From assembly GCA_963779415.1 (NCBI GenBank), contig CAVZYA010000001.1:1408001-1472000 (forward strand): a DNA stretch of 64,000 bases, written 5' to 3'. The stretch comes from an uncultured Acidobacteriota bacterium (GTDB taxonomy: Bacteria > Acidobacteriota > Thermoanaerobaculia > UBA5066). The translations under genes were made by a program, and so were the position numbers. The notes beneath the pieces were generated by a model. It searched no databases and was not told where the DNA came from. It was given only the letters and a program-made list of their open reading frames with translations. How positions within the stretch are numbered: the first letter of the stretch is position 1; each line of letters begins with the position of its first letter. Positions 21,803 to 30,802 of the stretch are shown in pieces.

Positions 21803-22366
21803 TCAGAACTGGATGCCGAACGTGACGGGAATGCTGACGAGGCCCTTCCCCTGCACCCTGAAATAGACCCCGTTGGCCTCCACGAAGAACCACTTCGTCG
21901 AAAAGCCGGCTCCGGCGTTGTACGAGATGTTCGATTCCGTCCCGGTCACGGTCCCGCAGCCGGGGCACCGCGTTTCCCCGCGAAGGCTCCGGGAGCCGAG
22001 CCCCAGGTCGACGTAGAGGCCGTCGGCTTCCTTCCCCAGCAGCCGGATCGCCACGTTCGCGTCGAAGCCGAAGAGCGTGCTGCTGCCGATCGCGGTGCTG
22101 GACGGATCCGACGTCTTGGGAGGGTTCTGGCCGTAGTAGCCCGCTCCCCTCACTCCGATGAAGAAGGACGACGGAAACCAGAGAGCCCGGACGGCCGTGC
22201 TCCAGCCCGACTTGTAGGAGTCAAAGAAAGTCCCCGTCACGATCGTCGTCCCACCCCCGATGCCGAGCTTGAAATCGTCGGCCGACGCCGGGTGCGCGAG
22301 CGTCAGGGCGAGCAGGACGACGGATGCCGGGACGAGAGGATTCCGAAGGCACGATCTTCGTCTCAC
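21803..22366 (-). CDS. Outer membrane beta-barrel protein
   Basis: Signal peptide, alternating beta strands, C-terminal Phe (GIQF); GTGA overlap with upstream gene. Confidence 0.75.
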   Translation of the reverse strand: MRRRSCLRNPLVPASVVLLALTLAHPASADDFKLGIGGGTTIVTGTFFDSYKSGWSTAVRALWFPSSFFIGVRGAGYYGQNPPKTSDPSSTAIGSSTLFGFDANVAIRLLGKEADGLYVDLGLGSRSLRGETRCPGCGTVTGTESNISYNAGAGFSTKWFFVEANGVYFRVQGKGLVSIPVTFGIQF

Positions 22367-22938
22367 GGAATGGAGATCCTTCCTCCGACGAGCAGGATGG
22401 AGAAGTTCACACCCGGATTGTTCTCGCCGAAGTTCGCGTTGGAGATGTGGACCCAGCGCCAGCCGACGACGGTCGACCACGTCTTGCCTGTCTTCACCGC
22501 GATCCCGACGCCGGCCTGAACGAGGAAATTGAGCGCGGTTCCGGAAGGGGGTACGCGATCCGTCGAGCCGCAGAGGCCGAGGGCGAGTTCCGTGTAAGGC
22601 GCGATCCGGTCTCCCGTCTCCACCGGGAACCACCGCAGGATGCCGTCGCCGGCGAAGGCGACCGTCGTCTGGCGGTCCGTCCCGCCCTTCGTTCGCGGCT
22701 GTTCGATCCATAAGACGGGGTGCAGCTCGCCCCCCAGCTCCACCCGGGGGCCGAGCCTCCAGACCGCCTCGAGGTTCGGGACGAGCGTCTCCGAGAAGCC
22801 GTCGGGCGACGGGGAGAAGCTCTGCCCCGCCATCAGGGAAAACGAAACGCTCCTCGTCGCGACGGGCCACGCCCCTTCGTCGGCCGCTCCGGCAATGCCC
22901 GGCAGGAGCAGGAACGCGAGGAGCGGTCGAACTCCCAC
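22363..22938 (-). CDS. PagL-like lipid A 3-O-deacylase / acyloxyacyl hydrolase
   Basis: NFLVQAGVG and HISNA...NPGVN motif. Confidence 0.8.
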   Translation of the reverse strand: MGVRPLLAFLLLPGIAGAADEGAWPVATRSVSFSLMAGQSFSPSPDGFSETLVPNLEAVWRLGPRVELGGELHPVLWIEQPRTKGGTDRQTTVAFAGDGILRWFPVETGDRIAPYTELALGLCGSTDRVPPSGTALNFLVQAGVGIAVKTGKTWSTVVGWRWVHISNANFGENNPGVNFSILLVGGRISIP

Positions 22939-22963
22939 GTCCCCATTATTTTCCGCTCGGGCC

Positions 22964-23794
22964 TCACTTCGCGAATTCGGCGAGCTTTCGGAGGCGGAAG
23001 CCGGGGTCGCTCTCGAAGTCGCGACGCAGCCAGCCGAGGTGGCCGGCGCCGAAGATCGCGAGGATTCGCTCGCCGGGTGAGTCGACGAGCGCGGTGATGT
23101 TGGCGTAGATCCGCATGTTCCGCCGGAACCAGTCGGCAACGAGGTCGGCGCCGGCCCAGTTTCCCGGCTCGCTGAAGTGCGCCTGCCGATAGTAGAAGCC
23201 GACGTCCGCGGCCACCTTGTCGTCGGCGTTCATGTAGAGCAGCGTTTCGAGCACGGTGTGGGACGCGAGGTACTGGTTCTGCGCCTTCACCGTCTCGCCG
23301 ATCTCGGCGAGGAGTGTGTCGAGTTCCTTCTCGCGGCCGTGGGCTTTCGCGTAGTCCAGGAGGCGCGGGAACGGGAACTCGGCGGGCTCGTCGACCGCGT
23401 AGACGGCCTTCTGGTCCAGCTCTTTGGCCAGCCGGAACCCGATCTGCTCGGTCTCGTCGCGCGTGAGCCCGTGCGTGCCCGCGAGATAGTCCGCGTAGCG
23501 CTTCGCGACGCGGTCGTCGCCCGCCTCGGCCTCCACCGCGATCTTCGTCGGACGGAACCTCTTCAGGGCCGCGACGAGCGCCGCGATCTCGGCCTGCCGT
23601 CCGGGGGCGAGGACGTCGTCGGCTTTCATGTTGAAGACGTCGCGCCCGGGATTCGCCATGTGGTAGACGCCGAGCACCAGCACCTCCGCGCGCACGGCTG
23701 GGGTCCCGGGCCTTTCCGTCGCGGCCGCCTGCGCCCACGCGCCGTTTGCGGTCCCCATTGCCAGCGCGGCGAGAACGACGAGTCGATTCACCAT
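22964..23794 (-). CDS. Secreted DUF5694-like protein
   Basis: VLVLGVYHM, FRPTKIAVE, EQIGFRLA, WFRRN, IFGAGH. Confidence 0.75.
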   Translation of the reverse strand: MVNRLVVLAALAMGTANGAWAQAAATERPGTPAVRAEVLVLGVYHMANPGRDVFNMKADDVLAPGRQAEIAALVAALKRFRPTKIAVEAEAGDDRVAKRYADYLAGTHGLTRDETEQIGFRLAKELDQKAVYAVDEPAEFPFPRLLDYAKAHGREKELDTLLAEIGETVKAQNQYLASHTVLETLLYMNADDKVAADVGFYYRQAHFSEPGNWAGADLVADWFRRNMRIYANITALVDSPGERILAIFGAGHLGWLRRDFESDPGFRLRKLAEFAK

Positions 23795-23910
23795 TCGCAA
23801 GCTCCTTTCGCTCCGGTCTTCCGACAGGAACGGATTCTGCGCGGGAAAGGTTCCCGGGAGCCCCGCCGGGCGGGAACCGCCGCGTTATCCTTCCGACCTT
23901 CGGAGGATTC

Positions 23911-26193
23911 ATGCGCACATTTCGGTGGAGTCCCTGTGCTCTTCTCGCCCTTCTCTTCGCCCTCGGTCCGGCGCGCCTGGCGGACGCCGCGGAGACGGCG
24001 CCTCCGGCCCCGCTCCTCGGCTTCGACGCGGCGGGCTCCGCCGCCGAGCGTGCTCTCGAGAAGACCTTCGATGCGAGCCTCGACCCTTCGGAGCAGCGAG
24101 CCTGGATGAAACGCCTCACGGCACGTCCGCACCACGTGGGATCGGCGTACGACAGGGAGAACGCCGGGTTCCTCGCGTCCCTTTTCGGGTCCTTCGGCTT
24201 CGAGACGCGGATCGAGGAGTTCACGATCCTCTTCCCGGTGCCGAAGACCCGCGTCCTGGAGATGGTCGCGCCGTCGCCGTTCACGGCGTCTCTCGACGAG
24301 CCCGCGCTTCCCGAGGACGCGACGTCAGGGCAGAAGGACGAGCAGCTTCCGGTCTACAACGCGTACTCCATCGACGGGGAGGTGACCGCCGAGGTCGTCT
24401 ACGTGAACTACGGCATGCCGAAGGACTACGAAGAGCTCGAGGCGCGCGGCGTGGACGTCCGGGGCCGGATCGTCCTCGCGCGCTACGGGGGCTCGTGGCG
24501 CGGCATCAAGCCGAAGGTGGCCTTCGAGCACGGGGCCGTGGGCTGCCTCATCTACTCCGATCCGCGGGACGACGGCTACTTCCAGGGCGACGAGTACCCG
24601 AAGGGCGCGTTCCGCAACGAGTCCGGCGCGCAGCGCGGATCGGTCGCGGACATGCCGGTCTTCCCGGGCGACCCGCTCACGCCCGGCGTGGGTGCGACGA
24701 AGGACCAGAAGCGCCTCGACCGCAAGGAGGCGCCGACGATCACGAAGATCCCCGTTCTGCCGATCTCGTGGGCCGACGCGCTTCCCTTCCTGAAAGCTCT
24801 CTCGGGTCCCGTCGCGCCCGAGGCGTGGCGCGGCGCGCTGCCCGTCACGTATCACCTCGGGCCCGGCCCCGCGAAGGCTCACCTGAAGCTCGCGTTCGAC
24901 TGGCGGATGGAGACGGTGCGCGACGTCCTCGCGGTGATGAAGGGCTCGGAGCTTCCGGACGAGTGGATCCTGCGGGGGAACCACTACGACGCGTGGGTGA
25001 ACGGCGCGCAGGACCCGATCAGCGGCCTCGTGGCCGAGCTGTCCGAGGCGAAGGCGCTCGGCGCGCTCGCGAAGGCCGGCTGGAAGCCGAGGCGCACGAT
25101 CGTGTACGCGGCGTGGGACGGCGAGGAGCCGGGTCTCCTCGGCTCCACGGAGTGGGTCGAGACGCACGCCGCCGAGCTTTCGAAAAAGGCGGTCGTGTAT
25201 CTGAACACGGACAGCAACGGCCGCGGGTTCCTCGGCGCGGGAGGCTCTCACACTCTCGAACGGCTCGTGGACGAAGTCGCGCGCGACGTCGTCGACCCCG
25301 AGACGAAGGTGAGCATCGCCGAACGGCAGCGTGCGCGCCGGCTCGTGCGGGGCTCCCCCGAGTCGAGGAAAGAGGCGAAGGAGCATCCGGGGCTGAGGCT
25401 CGAGGCGCTGGGCTCCGGATCGGACTACTCGCCCTTCCTCCAGCATCTCGGCATCGCGTCCCTCGACCTCGGTTTCGGCGGGGAGTCGGCCGGCGGCTCG
25501 TACCATTCCATCTACGATTCCTTCGACCACTTCATCCGCTTCGGCGATCCGGAGTTCTCGTATGGCGTGACGCTCTCGAAGACGGCGGGCCGCGTCGTCC
25601 TGCGCCTCGCGAACGCCGGAGCGCTCCCGTTCGCGTTCGATCCCCTCGCCGAGACCGTGGCGCGGTACGCGAAGGAGGTCGCAACGCTCGCGGACGAGCT
25701 GCGCGAGAGGACCGAGGACGTCAACCGCAACATCGCCGCGAAGAGCTTCGAGCTCGCCGCGGACCCGACAAAGACGTTCGTGGCGCCGAAGCCGAAGGCC
25801 AGCGTGCCGTTCCTGAACTTCGCGCCCCTCCAGAACGCCGTCACCGCGCTGAAGAAGAGCGCGGCCCGATACGACCAGGCCGGGAAAGGGCGCCGGCCGC
25901 CCTCCACGGCCAAGGCGAACAAGGCGCTGGACGAAGCGCTCTACACGACCGAGCGCGCACTGGTGCGGAAAGAGGGCCTTCCACTCCGGCCCTGGTACGT
26001 CCACCAGCTCTACGCGCCGGGCTTCTACACGGGCTACGGCGTCAAGACCCTTCCGGGCATCCGCGAAGCCATCGAAGAGCGCCGCTTCGAGGAGGCGCAG
26101 AGGCAGATCGCCGCCGCCTCCGAGGCGATCGAGGCCTGTGCGGCGCGGATCGACTCGGCCGCAGCGCTGCTCGCAGGCGCGCCGGCCGACTGA
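23911..26193 (+). CDS. M28 peptidase, glutamate carboxypeptidase II-like
   Basis: PA domain (VYVNYG, YSDPRDDG), GNHYDAW, WDGEEPGLLGS, GSGSDY, YHSIYD, TfR-like dimerisation tail. Confidence 0.93.
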   Translation: MRTFRWSPCALLALLFALGPARLADAAETAPPAPLLGFDAAGSAAERALEKTFDASLDPSEQRAWMKRLTARPHHVGSAYDRENAGFLASLFGSFGFETRIEEFTILFPVPKTRVLEMVAPSPFTASLDEPALPEDATSGQKDEQLPVYNAYSIDGEVTAEVVYVNYGMPKDYEELEARGVDVRGRIVLARYGGSWRGIKPKVAFEHGAVGCLIYSDPRDDGYFQGDEYPKGAFRNESGAQRGSVADMPVFPGDPLTPGVGATKDQKRLDRKEAPTITKIPVLPISWADALPFLKALSGPVAPEAWRGALPVTYHLGPGPAKAHLKLAFDWRMETVRDVLAVMKGSELPDEWILRGNHYDAWVNGAQDPISGLVAELSEAKALGALAKAGWKPRRTIVYAAWDGEEPGLLGSTEWVETHAAELSKKAVVYLNTDSNGRGFLGAGGSHTLERLVDEVARDVVDPETKVSIAERQRARRLVRGSPESRKEAKEHPGLRLEALGSGSDYSPFLQHLGIASLDLGFGGESAGGSYHSIYDSFDHFIRFGDPEFSYGVTLSKTAGRVVLRLANAGALPFAFDPLAETVARYAKEVATLADELRERTEDVNRNIAAKSFELAADPTKTFVAPKPKASVPFLNFAPLQNAVTALKKSAARYDQAGKGRRPPSTAKANKALDEALYTTERALVRKEGLPLRPWYVHQLYAPGFYTGYGVKTLPGIREAIEERRFEEAQRQIAAASEAIEACAARIDSAAALLAGAPAD

Positions 26194-26312
26194 AGACGAG
26201 AGACGGCGGTCAGGGCCCGCCCTCCGTCCCTTCAGCCGTGTAGCATGCTCCGCTCCGTGGAACGGATCCTCCGCACGTGGACCATCACGTTTCCGGTGGT
26301 AGGTGCCCGCCC

Positions 26313-27197
26313 ATGTTGACCATCTCCGGAGTGTCGAAGAGGTTCTCGAACGGCGTTTACGGCATCCAGGACCTTTCCCTGGACGTCGAAGGCGGAGTCC
26401 TGGGCCTCCTCGGCCCGAACGGCGCCGGCAAGACGACCCTGATGCAGATGATCGCCACGCTCACGAAGCCCACGGCGGGGCGCATTTCGTTCCAGGGGAT
26501 CGACGCCGCCCGCGACCCCGAGGCGATCCGGGCGCGCCTGGGATACCTCCCGCAGGACTTCGGCGTCTACGAGAACCTCACGGCGTTCGAGATCCTCGAC
26601 TACCTCGCTCGGCTGAAGGGCGTGAGAAGCAAGAGCCGCATCCTTTCCATGCTCGAGGTCGTGAACCTCCATGCCGTCGCGCACCGCGCGGTCGGGACGT
26701 TTTCGGGCGGCATGCGGCAGCGCCTCGGCATCGCGCAGGCCCTCATCGGCGAGCCCGAGCTTCTCATTGTGGATGAGCCGACCGCGGGACTCGACCCCGA
26801 GGAGCGGGTCCGCTTCCGGAACGTCCTTTCGGAGCTGGGCTTCGGGAAGCTCGTGCTGCTCTCCACTCACATCGTCTCGGACATCGAGTCGATCGCGAGC
26901 ACCATCGCCGTCGTGAAGGCGGGCCGCCTCGTGGCGCACGACACGCCCGAGGGCCTCCTCGGCAAGGCCGCCGGCTCGGCCTGGGAGGCGGTCATGCCTT
27001 CGGAGGAGTTCGAGCGGGTGCGCCCGACGCTGACCGTGTCGAACGCCGTGCGGAAGCCGGACGGCGTCCACCTCCGCCTCGTCGCGGCCAGCGCGCCGGT
27101 GGCGGGTGCCGTGGCGGTCGAGCCCAACCTCGAGGACGCCTATCTTTTCCTGATGAGGACAGCGGGCGGCCCGGCCGCGGACGTGCGCGCGGCATGA
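26313..27197 (+). CDS. ABC transporter ATP-binding protein
   Basis: GPNGAGKTT, FSGGMRQR, LLIVDEPT, H-loop. Confidence 0.95.
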   Translation: MLTISGVSKRFSNGVYGIQDLSLDVEGGVLGLLGPNGAGKTTLMQMIATLTKPTAGRISFQGIDAARDPEAIRARLGYLPQDFGVYENLTAFEILDYLARLKGVRSKSRILSMLEVVNLHAVAHRAVGTFSGGMRQRLGIAQALIGEPELLIVDEPTAGLDPEERVRFRNVLSELGFGKLVLLSTHIVSDIESIASTIAVVKAGRLVAHDTPEGLLGKAAGSAWEAVMPSEEFERVRPTLTVSNAVRKPDGVHLRLVAASAPVAGAVAVEPNLEDAYLFLMRTAGGPAADVRAA

Positions 27198-28795
27198 GCC
27201 CGGTTCGCGTCCTGGCGGTCGCGCGGAGCGATGCCCGGGCACGCATGCGGCGTCCCGTTTTGGCGTTCCTCCTCGTCGCCGTCCCACTTCTCGTCTACGT
27301 CGCCATACCGGACCCGCGCACGGGACGGGGGATCCTCGAGATCGAGAAGGCGCGCGCCCTCTACACGTCGCCGGCTCTCGCCTTCGCGACGGCCGGGCTC
27401 CTCCCCTTCCTCCTCGCCCTCTTCGGCTTCTACCTCGTGAACGGAGCCCTCGAGAACGACCGCCTCACGGGGATGGGGCTCGTCGCCGGCTCCACTCCGG
27501 TCTCCGATGCCGAGTACCTTCTCGGCAAGCTTCTCGGGAACATCACCCTGCTCGCCGCCGTGACCTTCGGCTTCATGACGAGCGCCATGGCCATGCACCT
27601 CGTCCGCGGAGAAGGGCCGCTCCAGCCCCTGGTCTACCTAGCGCACTACGCGGTCCTGGTCGGCCCCTCCCTCGTCAGCGTGGCCGCCCTGGCTCTCTTC
27701 TTCGAGTGCGTCCCCGCCCTTTCCGGCCGCGGGGGCGACGTTCTCTACTTCTTCGTCCTCACCGGGGCGATCCCGCTGTCGGTCGAGCCCTGGCGAGCGC
27801 CCGGCACCACCGGGATCTCGCCGGGCGCCTTCTTCGATTTCTCGGGGCTCGCCTTCGTCATGCGGGAGGTGGCGCGGTCGGCCGGCACGACCCACTTCTC
27901 GCTGCACCTCGGCTCGTCCGAGGTCACCCGGGCGACGACGACGTTTCCGGGCCTGAGCTTCACGCTCGATTCCCTGGCCGTGAGGGCGGCGTCCCTGGCC
28001 CTTCCCGCGCTTCTCTTCGGGGCGTCCGTCGTCGCATTCCGGCGCTTCGACCCGTCGCGCGAGAGGGCGAAGCGCTCCTCACCCAAGCAGGGCCCGATTG
28101 CCTTTCTCAACTCCCTGGCACGCCCGGTGACCTCGCGCCTCCTCGCGCTCGCGGGACGGCCGGGCCGCGAGCATCCCGAACGCGCGCCTGGCTTCGGCCG
28201 TTTCCTCACCGCGGACGCCACCTTGACGCTGCGTCTCCAACCGGTCCTCGTCCCCACGGCCCTCGCCGGGGCCGTCCTCTCGTTCAGTCTGAAAACAGAC
28301 GGCGTCATGCGCGTCCTCCTGCCGGTCCTCTTCGCGCTCCTCGCCGCCACCCTCTCCGAGGTGTCGACCCGCGACGAAGCCGCCGGAGTCTCGAACGTCG
28401 TCTTCGCGGCGCCGCGCGTGCGCGCCCGCTTCGCCCTCTGGAAGCTCGCCTCCGCCACGGTCGTGGCGCTCGTCCTGACGGGCCCGCCGGCCCTCCGGCT
28501 CGCTTTCTCGCGGCCGGCCGCGGCCCTCTCGGTCCTCCTCGGGACGCTCGTGGCCGCGTCGCTCGCGGTTCTCCTCGGCCTCGCGACGGGAACGCCGAAG
28601 ACCTTCCTCGTCCTCTACCTCGCCTTCTGGTACGTCGTCCTGAACGACGGCGGGCACGCGCCCGCCCTCGATTTCGCCGGCTGGTACGGGCTCGCCACCC
28701 CGGGCGTCCAGGCCGCGTACTTCGCGGCCCTGATCCTGATGGCGGCTGCGGCCTCGGCCGTTCAGGCGGCGAAGAACCGGCGGCACTCCGGCTGA
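27194..28795 (+). CDS. ABC transporter permease
   Basis: Multi-TM protein, EYLLGKLLG, ATGA-coupled to ATPase. Confidence 0.8.
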   Translation: MSPVRVLAVARSDARARMRRPVLAFLLVAVPLLVYVAIPDPRTGRGILEIEKARALYTSPALAFATAGLLPFLLALFGFYLVNGALENDRLTGMGLVAGSTPVSDAEYLLGKLLGNITLLAAVTFGFMTSAMAMHLVRGEGPLQPLVYLAHYAVLVGPSLVSVAALALFFECVPALSGRGGDVLYFFVLTGAIPLSVEPWRAPGTTGISPGAFFDFSGLAFVMREVARSAGTTHFSLHLGSSEVTRATTTFPGLSFTLDSLAVRAASLALPALLFGASVVAFRRFDPSRERAKRSSPKQGPIAFLNSLARPVTSRLLALAGRPGREHPERAPGFGRFLTADATLTLRLQPVLVPTALAGAVLSFSLKTDGVMRVLLPVLFALLAATLSEVSTRDEAAGVSNVVFAAPRVRARFALWKLASATVVALVLTGPPALRLAFSRPAAALSVLLGTLVAASLAVLLGLATGTPKTFLVLYLAFWYVVLNDGGHAPALDFAGWYGLATPGVQAAYFAALILMAAAASAVQAAKNRRHSG

Positions 28796-28799
28796 GTCG

Positions 28800-28851
28800 A
28801 GTGCTCCGGGGTCAAGTGCTCCGGGGTCAGGTCTTGCAGCTCTAGTCTGCT
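28800..28851 (-). repeat. 28-bp motif, copy 4, with perfect 15-bp tandem duplication
   Basis: GGGTCAGGTCTTGCAGCTCTAGTCTGCT (28824-28851); AGTGCTCCGGGGTCA at 28800-28814 and 28815-28829. Confidence 0.88.
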
Positions 28852-29025
28852 CGGCCGAGCACCCGTTCTCCACGGCAGCTGAGCCTCTTTCTCGAACCAA
28901 CACGGCTTCCGAAAGCAATGCAAGCCCGGATGGTCTTCATTCGAGGCATCTTCAGGAGTCCTTATGGGTTCTTAACAAGCTGGCGGCGCCGAGGGGTGTA
29001 CGATTTCCGTCTCGGGAGACCCGGA

Positions 29026-29274
29026 ATGAATAAATGTCCCGTCTGCGGAAATGAAGCGGCGACGTTCGTCAGCCACGGGGGCAAAGCCAGCGGCGTGCGC
29101 CGGCGCTCCTGGTTCGTCCACTGTCCCTCGTGCCCGACGTCATTCAACATCTCGCCCGAGCTGGTCAACGAGCTCGACGGTCGTCCCGCTCAAGCCTCAG
29201 AGATGCGAGCCCGCTGGCTGCAGCGAATGACGGAGGCAGCCAGGCGGGGAGAGAAGATGACCATCCTCTATTGA
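29026..29274 (+). CDS. Small zinc-ribbon protein
   Basis: 82 aa, CPVC and CPSC; GGGAG upstream; longer start at 28918 possible. Confidence 0.65.
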   Translation: MNKCPVCGNEAATFVSHGGKASGVRRRSWFVHCPSCPTSFNISPELVNELDGRPAQASEMRARWLQRMTEAARRGEKMTILY

Positions 29275-29316
29275 GGCTCTCAGGACCAGGCCCCATTTCT
29301 ACGGCCCACTCGGGAT

Positions 29317-30195
29317 TCAGCTCGTGATGATGGAATTGCGGATGTAGTCGCTCCACTGGGCGGCCGGGAACTTCGGCTCGGACGGGGCCGTATTGGCCTT
29401 CACGTTCATGTTCCAGGCGAAGTCGGAGAAGAGCCCCATCCTCTGGCGGAGCGCGGTCGGCGTGACGTTAAGGACCATCGCGTCCACGGCCCAGGCCAGA
29501 TCTCCCTTGGGATACGCCGCCCGGACCTCGTCGAGGGCGTGGATGAAGGTGTCCTCGTTGAACTGGCAGTGGGTGATCACCCCCAGCCTGGGCGAGGTCA
29601 GGGAGAGGATCTTGCCGAACAAGGATGCAGGCGTGTGGGAGTTGTCGATAATCGTCTGTGCGACCTGGACGGACTCGTTATAGGTGGAATCTCCCTGGTT
29701 CACGGCTCCGTTCTTCTGCGCCCAGACGTCCGCATCGAGAGCCATCTCGTGGATCAGGACGTCCGCCCCGGCCGCCTGCTGCGTCAGGAAGGTGTTCGGC
29801 CTCGTGTCACCCGAGAAGACGATGTTCATGCCGCCGTAGTTCAACTTGAAGCTGATCGCGCCGTCCCTGTCGTGCGCCGCCGGGAAGTGCGTGATGGTCA
29901 CCGGCGAGTTGACGCCCGGAGGCGGGTACGCCGGACCGCCCACCAGCATGTAGGGAAGCTCGTGAGGCACCAGGTCGTAGCCGTCCTGCGGGGTAGGGTC
30001 GGTGGTTCCCGTGGGGAGGAAGCTGAAGCTCTGGCGGTGCCATTTGGTCATCTTCATCACGAATTTGCAAAACTCCTCGGTCCCCTCCTCGGGGTGCGCG
30101 GTCAACGGGCCGTTGGGATACGGCTTCGGGAGGATCGGCCCGCTGGGTCCGTAGACGTGCAACGCGGTAAAGCGGTCGCCCGAGGGCCCGAAGCG
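29317..30195 (-). pseudogene. 5'-truncated RNase Z-like MBL-fold hydrolase
   Basis: LHVYGP, AAHDRDGA, FSGDT, ADVLIHE, SHT and ITH present; N-terminal HxHxDH absent. Confidence 0.7.
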
Positions 30196-30270
30196 CGCGA
30201 TTAGTGTTCATTTCTTGTTACCCGATTGTCGCGCTCCCGATATCGTCACGGCACAAGGAGCGGAGAACGG

Positions 30271-30705
30271 ATGTCGACCGAAATCCCCGTGGAAGTGAGG
30301 CGGATCTTCGAGAGCGCGTCGTTCGGCGCGGATCTCGGACTCGAGTTGGAGTCCGTCGGCCCGGGCACGTGCTCGTCGGCGCTCTCCCTGAAGCCCCGGC
30401 ATCTTCAGCAGGACGGGTTCGTCCACGCCGGCGTCCAGGCGACGGTCGCGGACCACACGGCGGGCGGCGCCGCCGCCTCGCTCCTCCGGAAGGGACAGTA
30501 CGTCCTCTCCACCGGGATCGAGATCCACCTGCTTCGCGCGGCGAAGGGGGAGAGGCTGATCTGCCGGGCCCGGGTGCTCAAGTCCGGAAGGCAGATCACG
30601 GTCGCCGAGTCGGAGGTCTTCTGCGTGGCCTCCGGCGAGGAGCGCCTCGTCTCGAAGGCGACCGTCACCCTCGCGGTTCTCAACCGGCGCGAGACGGGTT
30701 CATAG
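30271..30705 (+). CDS. PaaI family thioesterase
   Basis: HLQQDGFVHAGVQATVADHTAG. Confidence 0.9.
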   Translation: MSTEIPVEVRRIFESASFGADLGLELESVGPGTCSSALSLKPRHLQQDGFVHAGVQATVADHTAGGAAASLLRKGQYVLSTGIEIHLLRAAKGERLICRARVLKSGRQITVAESEVFCVASGEERLVSKATVTLAVLNRRETGS

Positions 30706-30802
30706 GGGTCGGGTCCCCCCCGCGCCGGGCGCACTCCCCTCTTCCGGAACCTCGCCGGTCGATAATCGGTCGCGATGCCCCACGGCTATATGGATAGGAC
30801 CC

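Noticed and set aside
8557-29294. Integron attC cassette array
   Set aside because: No RYYYAAC..GTTRRRY boxes, mixed orientations and no integrase
30196-30235. Xer dif site
   Set aside because: AT-rich but does not match the XerC/XerD arm consensus
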